Positions 46,190-54,671 of a stretch of DNA of 64,000 nt are shown here, piece after piece. Numbering within the stretch: position 1 is the first letter of the stretch; the number at the start of each line of letters is the position of its first letter. Both the position numbers and the translations under genes were made by a program. Origin of the DNA: a virus (Duplodnaviria > Heunggongvirae > Uroviricota > Caudoviricetes). The notes beneath the pieces are model-generated. The model made no database searches. It was given only the letters and a program-made list of their open reading frames with translations, and was not told where the DNA came from. Where the stretch lies: positions 26,530 through 90,529 of IMG/VR virus record IMGVR_UViG_3300043436_003321, one strand, 5' to 3'.

Positions 46190-46468
46190 TTATGCAACTT
46201 TTTTCAGAAGAGTCGGCGAGACTTTCCAGGTGACGCCCAAACCATCGGTCTGCTTTACCTGGATTGTTTTTGAATTGATCTTCATGATGGAACCTTTGAT
46301 GTAACCACGGCGGCCAGCATCAAACTCGACTTTTTCACCGATAACAAACGATACAGCTTTTTCACGCTGCAGGGATTTCTGGCGTTCTTTGATAAGGTTG
46401 ATAATGAGGGTCAGTTCAGACGAGGTGGCGTTACGGATTGCTTTAGCTACTTCACGATCAATAATCAT
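46190..46468 (-). CDS. hypothetical protein (possible small beta-barrel/SH3-like)
   Basis: 92 aa. A GEKVEFDAGRRGYIKGSIMKINSKTIQVK pattern. Confidence 0.45.
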   Translation of the reverse strand: MIIDREVAKAIRNATSSELTLIINLIKERQKSLQREKAVSFVIGEKVEFDAGRRGYIKGSIMKINSKTIQVKQTDGLGVTWKVSPTLLKKVA

Positions 46469-46483
46469 AGGTGTTTCCTTTTG

Positions 46484-46529
46484 TTGCCTACATATACAAT
46501 ATAAACATTACTAAGCAAATGTCAACCCC
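46484..46529 (-). promoter_or_regulatory. early promoter, conserved family
   Basis: GGGGGTTGACAtttgcttagtaatgttTATATTGTATATGTAGGCAA. The -35 box is 46525-46520. Confidence 0.65.
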
Positions 46530-46560
46530 CAAAATGCAATTATTGCAAATCTTTTTGCAC

Positions 46561-47121
46561 TTAGGCGGCTGTCACCTTGAACCATTCTGGGACTTGACGC
46601 TTCGACCAAGCCATCTTGAACCGAGTCTGCTTTGTCTGGTAGAACTCACGATACGATCGAACTGGATCATTCGGATGCATGCACTCTGGATTTGCTTTCA
46701 TTGCAAGTGGCTGCTGAGTGAGATAGCCGACCGGGATGTTACGTGGCGGCGTTTTCAGCTTTTCACGAAGTAGGGTATCGGTCGAATGGACCTTGCCATA
46801 ACGATACGTGTACTCGTCGCAGAGAGCCGCAAAGTGAATCCAATGCCACGTATAGTTATTATTGGATTGCATAGTCCAGACTGTGCAAGGATGCGCAGTA
46901 TGAACTGCTTTGTAGAGAACGTCCTCACGATCGTCAGGGAGAGTCCAGTGTCGAACAGACGTCTTGCCAGATTTAGATGGTGCGCGTTTGAGGTGACCGT
47001 CGAGCATACGATGAGCGGTTGAGAGCATTTGAGCTGACTCGACGATCATCTTAACGACATGCTTGTCGCACTGAAGCTGTGCTGCGACAACTGGGTCCTT
47101 GTCAAGGATGAAAAGATTCAT
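46561..47121 (-). CDS. conserved hypothetical protein
   Basis: 186 aa. N-terminus MNLFILDKDPVVAAQLQCDKHVVKMIVESAQML looks like a conserved phage family I cannot name with confidence. Confidence 0.5.
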   Translation of the reverse strand: MNLFILDKDPVVAAQLQCDKHVVKMIVESAQMLSTAHRMLDGHLKRAPSKSGKTSVRHWTLPDDREDVLYKAVHTAHPCTVWTMQSNNNYTWHWIHFAALCDEYTYRYGKVHSTDTLLREKLKTPPRNIPVGYLTQQPLAMKANPECMHPNDPVRSYREFYQTKQTRFKMAWSKRQVPEWFKVTAA

Positions 47122-47163
47122 AATATATCCTATTTGTAATGGGTTTGGCCAACGCCAAGGATG

Positions 47164-47208
47164 CCTAACTGAACTGATTTTATATGGTTACACACGTATG
47201 TCAATCGT
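47164..47208 (-). promoter_or_regulatory. early promoter (simple TTGACA-N16-TAAAAT type)
   Basis: Minus strand aaacgaTTGACAtacgtgtgtaaccataTAAAATcag. The -35 box is 47204-47199. Confidence 0.55.
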
Positions 47209-47326
47209 TTTCGGCATGTACAAGAAAATCCTTCCTTGTGCATCTCGACTTGGGCTTCTCTGAATTTCCAGATCGTTCCAAGCATATAATTGTTTTCAGT
47301 ATTGATGTGGCGATTCTGCATATAAT

Positions 47327-47515
47327 TCATTCGAATTCACACACCAAATCTTCATGATGATAGCAGTCGGCAATATATTCAGGATCATAGATTGACTGGA
47401 GATATTGCTGATGGCGGGCAAAGTCAGCCTCAGCTTCAAGATGATCTTGCAACTCACGATCCATGGTACTACATGCCGAGAGAATGGCAAGAGCGAACAG
47501 CATAGCATATTTCAT
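47327..47515 (-). CDS. small lipoprotein (about 62 aa)
   Basis: MKYAMLFALAILSAC has a lipobox ILSAC. RBS GGAG. Downstream of an early promoter. Confidence 0.5.
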   Translation of the reverse strand: MKYAMLFALAILSACSTMDRELQDHLEAEADFARHQQYLQSIYDPEYIADCYHHEDLVCEFE

Positions 47516-47534
47516 AGTACACTCCAAGAAAGAT

Positions 47535-47578
47535 TTTACATGTACAATATAATAAAAGGGAGTTGAAATGTCAACCCC
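47535..47578 (-). promoter_or_regulatory. early promoter, conserved family (partial leader block)
   Basis: GGGGGTTGACAtttcaactcccttttattATATTGTACATGTAAAATC. The -35 box is 47574-47569. Confidence 0.55.
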
Positions 47579-48247
47579 CTAAATGCCTTTTTCTGAAAAA
47601 TATTGCTTTCGCAGTGAAATGAAGTCATGAATGTGACTGTCTCGATCCTCTATGAATACTTGAGGTGAGTCATCATCGACCATCACGACTGTCACCAATT
47701 GTTTGATGGGTTTCTTTGTTCTCTCCTCAAACGCCACGGCATAGAATGATTCCTGCATGAAGTAGTTTTTGATCCATTCTTTCTTCTTAGGCTTGCGAGA
47801 TGTTTTAAAGTCAATGATTGACAACTTGCCTTGCCATTCTCCGATCAAATCGACTCGGCCGGCCACCTTAATATAGTCCGAATACAGTGGTGCTTCCTGG
47901 AACCAGATATTATCCAGGTTCTCATCTAGCAAGGATTTGATCTGATTAAATGTGAACATATTTGCCGGCATCTTGCCTCGAGCATAATGTGGCATATTAT
48001 TGATGTACTCTTCGGCGATTAGGTGAACCTCAGTCCCACGAGTCCCAGCTTGAGTAAGAACACGTTTGGCTTCTTCCTCACCGACACGCTTCTTCCAATC
48101 TTCAATGCCAGACTTTTCCTGGATGGAAAGAACTGTGGTAACCGATGGGTATTTTTTATTAGGTTCTGGGTAGTAAAAGCGGCCATTCTCGGTTGTATCG
48201 CAGTGAATGTCCTTGAGCACAATGCCGTGCTGCACATGATGAAACAT
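47579..48247 (-). CDS. PD-(D/E)XK family nuclease (RecB/Cas4/YqaJ-like fold)
   Basis: 222 aa. GRVDLIGEWQGKLSIIDFKTSRK matches the D...(D/E)xK catalytic signature. Confidence 0.55.
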   Translation of the reverse strand: MFHHVQHGIVLKDIHCDTTENGRFYYPEPNKKYPSVTTVLSIQEKSGIEDWKKRVGEEEAKRVLTQAGTRGTEVHLIAEEYINNMPHYARGKMPANMFTFNQIKSLLDENLDNIWFQEAPLYSDYIKVAGRVDLIGEWQGKLSIIDFKTSRKPKKKEWIKNYFMQESFYAVAFEERTKKPIKQLVTVVMVDDDSPQVFIEDRDSHIHDFISLRKQYFSEKGI

Positions 48248-48256
48248 TATATAAAC

Positions 48257-48559
48257 TTATCCTATGATTACAGTTGCTAATCCAGATGTAATGCTACCAT
48301 CATCACACGCATCACCTTTTCTGGCTGCACGAGCACCAGAAATAAACACAGTTTCACTGGCGGCACTGATTGGCGCTGTATGAGATACACATGAATCGCC
48401 TACTAGTATTTCGTGACTTACTGTTAGATCGCCAAGTCGTGCAATTAACTGACCACCAGCGAATACTGTGCTGTTACCTGTAGGCGCATCCAATGTGGTA
48501 GTCGCATCGCATGCATGCCCGGTGGCTACGGTATCAGTTTCTCGTGCAACTTCAGGCAT
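48257..48559 (-). CDS. PAAR-repeat protein (gp5.4-like spike tip)
   Basis: 100 aa, with repeated G..GH.C / ARxGD / HxxxxC motifs typical of PAAR domains. Confidence 0.8.
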   Translation of the reverse strand: MPEVARETDTVATGHACDATTTLDAPTGNSTVFAGGQLIARLGDLTVSHEILVGDSCVSHTAPISAASETVFISGARAARKGDACDDGSITSGLATVIIG

Positions 48560-48652
48560 TATCGAATTACTTTTAACTCGGGATTTGCCGCCACGTACTC
48601 ATTAAATTGCTCTTGAGTGAATTGCAAGACAAATCTAGTCCCATCAGCAGCT

Positions 48653-48838
48653 TCAAATACTCTCAGTCTCCGTGCCATCTTTGACCTCTTTTATTGATAC
48701 AGAACCATCATCGCCAACTAACCATTCAATTAGCGTATCCTCATGCCATCCCATCTGATTCAGAAGTTCGGCTGGAAACTCAATGAATAACTGTCCGTCC
48801 TTATCCTCTTGGACCTCAACTGTATATTTATCTTTCAT
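48653..48838 (-). CDS. small AbrB/MazE-like (swapped-hairpin) DNA-binding protein candidate
   Basis: 61 aa. GQLFIEFPAELLNQMGWHEDTLIEWLVGDDGSVSIKEV resembles the SpoVT-AbrB/MazE pattern. Immediately downstream of phoH. Confidence 0.35.
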   Translation of the reverse strand: MKDKYTVEVQEDKDGQLFIEFPAELLNQMGWHEDTLIEWLVGDDGSVSIKEVKDGTETESI

Positions 48839-48839
48839 C

Positions 48840-49595
48840 TCATAATCCTAGGTTATCTCGAGCGATGATGTATGATTTCACCAAATCGCTTCTTACAATA
48901 TCATCAACAAAGAATTCTACGAATTCGAACTCTTTCATTGTATTAATGATTCGCATAAAGTCAGCAACACCTGACTGTTCATTGAATCGTTTGCTTGTTA
49001 GATCATCCTGTTTAATGTCACCGGCAAAGATGATCTTACAGTTCTGACCTACACGTGTCATAATAGTATGAAGTTCACCATCATTCATGTTTTGCATTTC
49101 ATCGACGACAATCACACAATCATCAAATGTCACACCACGTAGGAACGAAGTGGATCTAAATTCAACCATATTTCTTTGTTTTAAAATTGAATATGCATCA
49201 CCACGGTCGAAAAGTTTATCACAGATAGGTGGATATGGTTCTTCATATACGGCTTCCTTCTGTGCCTTGGTCCCCGGCATAAATCCTTGATCGCGTGTAG
49301 CGACAGTAGAGCGAACAATCCAGACCTTTTCATATGGACTATTCTTGGCAAAAATGTCACTCAAGGCAAAATAGAGTGCCAGAAATGTTTTACCCGTGCC
49401 GGCAATGCCGTGAAGCATTAGATTATAGTTATCAGCCCAAGCTTTAAAAGCCAATCTTTGATTCTCGGTCATAGGGCCAATATCACGTGATATATCAAAC
49501 GATGTTGATAGAACGTTTCCGGTCTCTAATACGCCTTGCTGCTTTAAAACCCGTTTCTGTCTCTTTGTTAATCTTTGTTGTCTTTGGACAGTCAT
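48840..49595 (-). CDS. phoH: PhoH-like ATPase (phosphate-starvation-inducible protein family; common marine-phage AMG)
   Basis: 251 aa. Walker A GIAGTGKTF, Walker B VIVVDEMQN, and the PhoH motif FAGDIKQDDL. Confidence 0.9.
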   Translation of the reverse strand: MTVQRQQRLTKRQKRVLKQQGVLETGNVLSTSFDISRDIGPMTENQRLAFKAWADNYNLMLHGIAGTGKTFLALYFALSDIFAKNSPYEKVWIVRSTVATRDQGFMPGTKAQKEAVYEEPYPPICDKLFDRGDAYSILKQRNMVEFRSTSFLRGVTFDDCVIVVDEMQNMNDGELHTIMTRVGQNCKIIFAGDIKQDDLTSKRFNEQSGVADFMRIINTMKEFEFVEFFVDDIVRSDLVKSYIIARDNLGL

Positions 49596-49603
49596 GATTA
49601 CCC

Positions 49604-49840
49604 TTAATTTCTAGTTTGAATGGTGCTTTTCCAATGAGCAGCTTTTGCTTTCTTGAGCACATCGTTAAATCCATCATCAATTCGTCTAACGCCAAGACGG
49701 ACTGAATCGCCAAATGCCACTACCGGTGGTACTTGTATGTAATCTGGATTTTCTTCTAGAAATTGTTCTCGGGAGGCAAGAGATAGGATCGTAGTAACTT
49801 CCTCACCAGTCTCTTTGTGTCTAAACGTATAGGTCGGCAT
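49604..49840 (-). CDS. hypothetical protein
   Basis: 78 aa. RBS AAGGAG. Confidence 0.5.
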   Translation of the reverse strand: MPTYTFRHKETGEEVTTILSLASREQFLEENPDYIQVPPVVAFGDSVRLGVRRIDDGFNDVLKKAKAAHWKSTIQTRN

Positions 49841-49855
49841 TTCATTCTCCTTAAC

Positions 49856-49881
49856 AAAAAAGCGGCCCGTAGCCGCTTTTT
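49856..49881. terminator. bidirectional intrinsic terminator / stabilising hairpin
   Basis: AAAAAA-GCGGC-CCGTA-GCCGC-TTTTT at 49856-49881, 36 nt downstream of the HAD gene stop. Confidence 0.6.
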
Positions 49882-49911
49882 CACTTCTACCATGAAGATA
49901 TTTATATGGAG

Positions 49912-50502
49912 TTATGCCATCATCTCATAAATTTCACGCCAGTTGTTGACGCGAGGAATATGTTTGATTACAGGATGTTCATAATCCTCGTTGTGATCAT
50001 GACGGATCAGAACTGAATGTAGACCTGCCTGAAAACCAGCCAAAGCATTTTCCTTCTTATCCTCAACCCAGAGACAACCACTGTCCTTATATTCGGCCAG
50101 GGCTTCATCCTTATCAGCGCCGGTATCAAGGCACAGGATACGTTCAAAGGTTGTAGTACCGAACAGAGCTTCGATGTTCTTGACACGAGCCTTTTGAGCA
50201 AATGGATCAAGCGACAATGAGGTAATACAGTGGAAAATGTAACCATATTCCTCATGAAGCTTTTTCACATATTTTACAGCATCACGGAGAGGCGGCAAAT
50301 ATTCGATGTTGGCACTTTCGTTGAACATTTTGACAAAGTTTTTAGCTTCAGCCCGTGAGATGCCGTAACATTCACCAAGGTCGTATACATCATCACGGAT
50401 CTTTGTATGTCCGTGCCGTTCCATCCAACGGTCAAAGGAATACATCCAATCAACCAAAACACCATCACAGTCAACAAGGATAAGTTTATCACTCAATTTC
50501 AT
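49912..50502 (-). CDS. HAD-superfamily hydrolase (5'-nucleotidase/phosphatase-like)
   Basis: 196 aa. LILVDCDGVLVDW matches HAD motif I (DxDG). Confidence 0.65.
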   Translation of the reverse strand: MKLSDKLILVDCDGVLVDWMYSFDRWMERHGHTKIRDDVYDLGECYGISRAEAKNFVKMFNESANIEYLPPLRDAVKYVKKLHEEYGYIFHCITSLSLDPFAQKARVKNIEALFGTTTFERILCLDTGADKDEALAEYKDSGCLWVEDKKENALAGFQAGLHSVLIRHDHNEDYEHPVIKHIPRVNNWREIYEMMA

Positions 50503-50503
50503 A

Positions 50504-50887
50504 TTATGCAGCCTTCAGATTCATTTCAATTTCTTCAAAGCGGTTATCAGCCGCAGAACGGCTAGCGTAGAACCAGGCATCGCCGTCGAATAGGTAGAGG
50601 TAGTCAGCGCCGGCATGATCATAACCATTGGTCATATAATCTTCAACTGATTCAAATTCTACAACCGGTTGATTTTTATGGGCCGAATTGGCAATAGAGT
50701 CGTGAATGTTCGGTTCAAGCGCCGACAAATAACCAACAAGAGAAACAGAGACCGCCTCAATAGCACTATTGTAATGGTCAATAAGAGTACGACCGACACC
50801 TTCAAGGTAGCCGTCGTAGTGGACATAGGTGGCTTCAACCGAGCCGTCTTCCAAGTTATAGAAACCGATCATTGCATGAGTACCCAT
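50504..50887 (-). CDS. hypothetical protein
   Basis: 127 aa, downstream of an early promoter. Confidence 0.5.
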   Translation of the reverse strand: MGTHAMIGFYNLEDGSVEATYVHYDGYLEGVGRTLIDHYNSAIEAVSVSLVGYLSALEPNIHDSIANSAHKNQPVVEFESVEDYMTNGYDHAGADYLYLFDGDAWFYASRSAADNRFEEIEMNLKAA

Positions 50888-50902
50888 AGGTGTTTCCTTT
50901 CA

Positions 50903-50948
50903 TTGCCTACATTTATAATATAAACACTACTAAGCGGTTGTCAACCCC
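50903..50948 (-). promoter_or_regulatory. early promoter, conserved family
   Basis: aaGGGGTTGACAaccgcttagtagtgttTATATTATAAATGTAGGCAA. The -35 box is 50944-50939. Confidence 0.65.
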
Positions 50949-51196
50949 TTTTGATAATATTTTTTCACTCCTTCGAGAAAAAGTTCTTTCGAAATGATAA
51001 GATCATATGGTTCGCCCACCAATTTGTTGACGGTTTTATCAAATTTAGCTGCTGTCAGAACAAGACTCAGATGTATAGGTTCACCCGCATCAACCTCATA
51101 CACAATATAGTCGCTATACTGTGGTCGAAGTTCACGGAAGTACTGAGTGAAATTTCTAAATTCGTGAAATGATTCTTCGCTGATCTCAATTTTCAT
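50930..51196 (-). CDS. hypothetical protein
   Basis: 88 aa. Confidence 0.5.
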   Translation of the reverse strand: MKIEISEESFHEFRNFTQYFRELRPQYSDYIVYEVDAGEPIHLSLVLTAAKFDKTVNKLVGEPYDLIISKELFLEGVKKYYQKGLTTA

Positions 51197-51197
51197 A

Positions 51198-51368
51198 TCA
51201 GATACCGAACATCTCAGTTATAATCTCTCCTGCACGTTTTAGATCCACGGCAGATCCATATTCATCGCGGATGAGTTTCATAGCAGCGCCTTTATTTTTA
51301 GGTGCTTCATCACCAAAAAATTCATCCAACAAATCTCGAATATCAGCTTCAGAAACATGTTCATTCAT
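51198..51368 (-). CDS. small hypothetical protein (56 aa, MNEHVSEADIRDLLDEFF...)
   Basis: Not in the track. Start overlaps the upstream stop (TAAAATG) and its stop is 1 nt before the next ATG (TGATATG). Confidence 0.35.
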   Translation of the reverse strand: MNEHVSEADIRDLLDEFFGDEAPKNKGAAMKLIRDEYGSAVDLKRAGEIITEMFGI

Positions 51369-51369
51369 T

Positions 51370-51537
51370 TTAGTCATCCTCTTGAACTTTTATAAAGGTA
51401 TGAGTACCGGCCAGGATATCCTGATCCCAGTAAGCAAGCAACAGTGAATAGTCGGTGTAGTAAGCGACTGGCCGTCTGACTTTCAGAGCCTTCGTGGGAT
51501 CCCGTGAGGTCGTTTCATAGACGATGTATTGAGTCAT
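51370..51537 (-). CDS. small hypothetical protein (55 aa, MTQYIVYETTSRDPTK...)
   Basis: Not in the track. First ORF downstream of the promoter at 51594. Confidence 0.35.
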   Translation of the reverse strand: MTQYIVYETTSRDPTKALKVRRPVAYYTDYSLLLAYWDQDILAGTHTFIKVQEDD

Positions 51538-51559
51538 TTGTAATCCAGTATTGTGTTAC

Positions 51560-51598
51560 ATTATTAGTATACATTGATCACAAACGAATGTCAACAAA
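51560..51598 (-). promoter_or_regulatory. early promoter (TTGACA-N17-TATACT) whose -35 overlaps the U-tract of the upstream terminator
   Basis: Minus strand GCGCTCTTTTTTGTTGACAttcgtttgtgatcaatgTATACTaat. The -35 box is 51594-51589 and the -10 box 51571-51566. Confidence 0.55.
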
Positions 51599-51618
51599 AA
51601 AGAGCGCCGAAGCGCTCT
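51595..51618 (-). terminator. intrinsic terminator after the SPFH gene
   Basis: AGAGCGC-TTCG-GCGCTCT stem-loop (51601-51618) followed by TTTTTT on the minus strand. Also A-rich upstream and T-rich downstream on the plus strand (bidirectional potential). Confidence 0.7.
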
Positions 51619-51639
51619 TTTCTATTTTTTTATAAGGAA

Positions 51640-52587
51640 TTACTTCACTACATCCATGAACGGAACAGTCGAGTCTGGGATCATAGTGGTAGGAAGAGCA
51701 CCATTCCACTTCTCAGCCTGAACTAGAGCAATCAGACCAGCGTTATCCTTAAGAGCCTCTGCTTTCGCCTTAATGGCAGATGCCTCTGCTTCACCACGGA
51801 TGCGAGTTGCTTCAGCTTCTGCGGTTGCTCGAGCGAGTTGAGCATCAGCTTCTGCTTGAGCCTGGATTACGGTAATCTCAGCAGTGACCTTTTCACGCTC
51901 AGCGTTCTGACGAACTTTCTGCACTTCAACCTCTGCAAGCATACGAGCTTCAATCGAGTTCTCATAAGCATCAGAGAAGTCAATGTTCTCGATCTGAACT
52001 GATTCAACAATGATAGGACCGATTACAGCCTTCTGAATTGCCATCTGAACTTCTGCGGCGAGACGTTCACGCTCCTGAATAGCAGTCGAAGCGTTAAACT
52101 TACCAAAGACGTTCTTGACTTCTTCAAGAACCTGGCGATCGAGCAAACGAGAAATTACACCAGCTTCGCCACCATATTCACGATAGATTGTCTCGACTTG
52201 ATCTGCAGGGAAGCGATAGTTAACGGATAGGTTCAGACCCGCAGTCTGTTGATCACGAGAATAAGCAAGGATATTCTCATAAAGTTGAGCCTGCGATTGG
52301 ACGCTAATGTCGACTACACTTTCAATCAAAGGCAGTTTAAAACCAAGACCAGGATCGGCAGTGCCAATAACTGCACCGTTACGCAATTGCACACCACGAT
52401 AGCCTTCATTCACAGTGTACCACGAACCACCAATCACAGTCAGCGCGGTAAGACCAACAAGAGCAGCAAAAGTACCACCAACGACAACATTCATTTTCAT
52501 TTTCCTTTTATATTCATCATATTGTTTCAAAGCATCCGTATATTCGCGCTGTGTTCCAAAATCCCACTTATCAGGCCTTTTCATCAC
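51640..52587 (-). CDS. SPFH/band-7 (prohibitin/HflKC-like) domain protein
   Basis: 315 aa. N-terminal TM helix, then the SPFH core (YTVNEGYRGVQLRNGAVIGTADPGLGFKLPLIESV), then an Ala/Glu-rich coiled coil. Confidence 0.8.
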   Translation of the reverse strand: MMKRPDKWDFGTQREYTDALKQYDEYKRKMKMNVVVGGTFAALVGLTALTVIGGSWYTVNEGYRGVQLRNGAVIGTADPGLGFKLPLIESVVDISVQSQAQLYENILAYSRDQQTAGLNLSVNYRFPADQVETIYREYGGEAGVISRLLDRQVLEEVKNVFGKFNASTAIQERERLAAEVQMAIQKAVIGPIIVESVQIENIDFSDAYENSIEARMLAEVEVQKVRQNAEREKVTAEITVIQAQAEADAQLARATAEAEATRIRGEAEASAIKAKAEALKDNAGLIALVQAEKWNGALPTTMIPDSTVPFMDVVK

Positions 52588-52765
52588 GCTTGCCCTTCAA
52601 TTTAACCGTGTTATCTTGAACATAATCAGTACCGTCCGTCGTATCTGTCATATACGTATAGCGTTCGGGTTGTCGTTTAAACGTGATATTTGACACCACC
52701 CAATATACACCAACAGCAATTACAGCAGCAACGATCGTTAGACCAATCATAGTATAAAAAGCCAT
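52571..52765 (-). CDS. small membrane protein (possible NfeD-like partner of the SPFH protein)
   Basis: 64 aa with an N-terminal TM helix. 17-nt overlap with the SPFH gene start. Confidence 0.45.
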   Translation of the reverse strand: MAFYTMIGLTIVAAVIAVGVYWVVSNITFKRQPERYTYMTDTTDGTDYVQDNTVKLKGKRDEKA

Positions 52766-52791
52766 TATCTTATCCTATCCTTTAACAAGTT

Positions 52792-52968
52792 TTAATTTGT
52801 TGAGAAGTCACGATCGTCGAATAACTCATCGCGCTTTTGGTATTTGTCACGCCGTTTTTCACGAATGCCGTTTTTCTGTCGTTTGCGGCCATAATCATTT
52901 TCGTCCCATTCATCTTCATCATCAAATGAGTTCCAGCGTTTGTCGTAACGACTATCCTTCTTGGACAT
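52792..52968 (-). CDS. small highly charged protein (58 aa, MSKKDSRYDKRWNSFDDEDEWDE...)
   Basis: Internal start of the 71-aa track ORF with strong RBS GAGGAG. The longer form would overlap the upstream gene by 56 nt. Confidence 0.4.
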   Translation of the reverse strand: MSKKDSRYDKRWNSFDDEDEWDENDYGRKRQKNGIREKRRDKYQKRDELFDDRDFSTN

Positions 52969-53395
52969 TTTTCTCCTCAACGTTGATAATATTACCAAAA
53001 GCTTCATTAATTGCCTTGGCGGTAAGTCCTTTATAACCCTTCTGTTTAATCATGTCAACCAAAATTTTGGCATCATCACGATGAACAGTCTCGAGCATTT
53101 CAATGAAAATGTGCTCACGCTTGACTTTGGAAATAGCATCACCACCAAAACCTGCTACAATATACTTGAGTTTACGGGCTTCACGATATAGTGCGCCTTG
53201 ATTCTCATGTGCTTGCGAAGGGTTATATGGGGGTTCTGTATTTGGAACCAAAAACTTAATTTTGTTCTTATCATAGGCGGCGATAAGAATATTGCGAAGA
53301 GGGCCAGAATCATTCTTTCGAAGCCATTCTACCTTTTCTTCATGCGACTTAAGTGATATCGCCTTGTTAATAATTTCAGATATCATAATTACCAT
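52952..53395 (-). CDS. hypothetical protein
   Basis: 147 aa. Confidence 0.5.
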   Translation of the reverse strand: MVIMISEIINKAISLKSHEEKVEWLRKNDSGPLRNILIAAYDKNKIKFLVPNTEPPYNPSQAHENQGALYREARKLKYIVAGFGGDAISKVKREHIFIEMLETVHRDDAKILVDMIKQKGYKGLTAKAINEAFGNIINVEEKNVQEG

Positions 53396-53396
53396 A

Positions 53397-54245
53397 TTAG
53401 AATTCCTGTAGGTGTTCCATTAGATTACGTAGCTTGTTGGCCATGAAATAGTTGAAAAGTTGCGACTTATCCTTTGGATTTTCTTCCTCGAGCTTATCAA
53501 CAACCTGTTGTGTGATATGAGGAGGAATCTGGGATAAGTCAATGAGGGCCTGATTGCGTTTGAAGTTACGAAGAATCTGTTCATTAGTAATCGTACCTGT
53601 AAACTCAGTCATGCGTTTTTGTGTAATCGGCTTTTGACGTTCACCAACCACAAAGCAATTATCACTGGAGAGAATATTAGGGATGCCATCCCCAGTATCA
53701 CCTTTGATGATATGCTCTAACAGATATTTATCCGGATCGGAATGTGTAATCCAACGCTTACGAATAGGGTCGAATTGTTTGACGTTTGCATACTTATGAA
53801 GCTGAATGTAATCCTTATCTGACGAGAGGATCAGAATGGGATCGCCACTGTTGAGAATAGTACCACACCGATGCGCAATTGTACCGATGATGTCGTCGGC
53901 CTCGGCGGTCTCGATTTGAATGACTTTGTAGGGGAAGAATGTCTTGAGTTCCTCACGAATACGATTCAGTGCAGTAAAGATTGCATTCCAATCGAGTTCG
54001 GATTCGTCACGATTCTTTTTGCGCATTGCCTTGTAGTAAGGGAATGTCGTGCGGCGCCAATAGTTCTTATCATCGGCACAGATAATCATTTCGCCAAATT
54101 CCTTTTCGAACTTGACTTTGTTGGCACGAAGTGAGTTGAGAACCATATGACGAATCATATTCTCGTCAATAGCTGCGTTGTGGTGGTTACCAATATTTGC
54201 CATAAGGTTGGCAATCATTACTTGGTTTAGGTCGACTAGGATCAT
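53397..54245 (-). CDS. rnh: RNase H / 5'-3' flap exonuclease (T4 rnh, FEN-1 family)
   Basis: 282 aa. Matches T4 RNase H: MIRHMVLNSL, YWRRTTFPYYKAMRKKNR, ETAEADDIIG, ILSSDKDYIQLHKYANVKQFDP, KGDTGDGIPNI. Confidence 0.85.
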   Translation of the reverse strand: MILVDLNQVMIANLMANIGNHHNAAIDENMIRHMVLNSLRANKVKFEKEFGEMIICADDKNYWRRTTFPYYKAMRKKNRDESELDWNAIFTALNRIREELKTFFPYKVIQIETAEADDIIGTIAHRCGTILNSGDPILILSSDKDYIQLHKYANVKQFDPIRKRWITHSDPDKYLLEHIIKGDTGDGIPNILSSDNCFVVGERQKPITQKRMTEFTGTITNEQILRNFKRNQALIDLSQIPPHITQQVVDKLEEENPKDKSQLFNYFMANKLRNLMEHLQEF

Positions 54246-54265
54246 GTGTTACTCCAAATTTAATA

Positions 54266-54308
54266 CAACATAATATATGTATACCACCTAGTGAAATGTG
54301 TCAACCAA
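54266..54308 (-). promoter_or_regulatory. candidate early promoter (TTGACA with weak -10) for rnh
   Basis: Minus strand ggTTGACAcatttcactaggtggtaTACATAt. The -35 box is 54304-54299. Confidence 0.35.
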
Positions 54309-54671
54309 TTTCTGCAAATATTCGCGTAAAAAGTCGGGCATTTCTTCATCCTTGAAGTCACCTAACTGATCTGTAATCTTATGCCAAGAGTATGGGTCAC
54401 GTTTTGTTCTATAAATGATGGCTTTAATTGCTTCAATCAGTGATAGGATGTCACGAAACACTTTTGGATCCGTTTCGATATTGATTCCGAACTCCCCGAG
54501 AGTGTCGACTAAATCGAACGACACTAGCAAGGCAAATTCAGTAATATCATCATCGTTATCAAACAGTGTTGCTTCATTCAGATTGGCCGGCAAAGGATCG
54601 TCGGTACTTTTCATCCGATCCTTTGCCGACTGGAAATTAATGACATTGGTAAAATTGATTACGTTACTCAT
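54288..54671 (-). CDS. hypothetical protein
   Basis: 127 aa, acidic. Confidence 0.5.
   Translation of the reverse strand: MSNVINFTNVINFQSAKDRMKSTDDPLPANLNEATLFDNDDDITEFALLVSFDLVDTLGEFGINIETDPKVFRDILSLIEAIKAIIYRTKRDPYSWHKITDQLGDFKDEEMPDFLREYLQKLVDTFH

Noticed and set aside
47130-47330. 66-aa minus-strand ORF
   Set aside because: It covers the TTGACA/-10 promoter at 47204-47177 and the 5' UTR of the downstream gene. No RBS.
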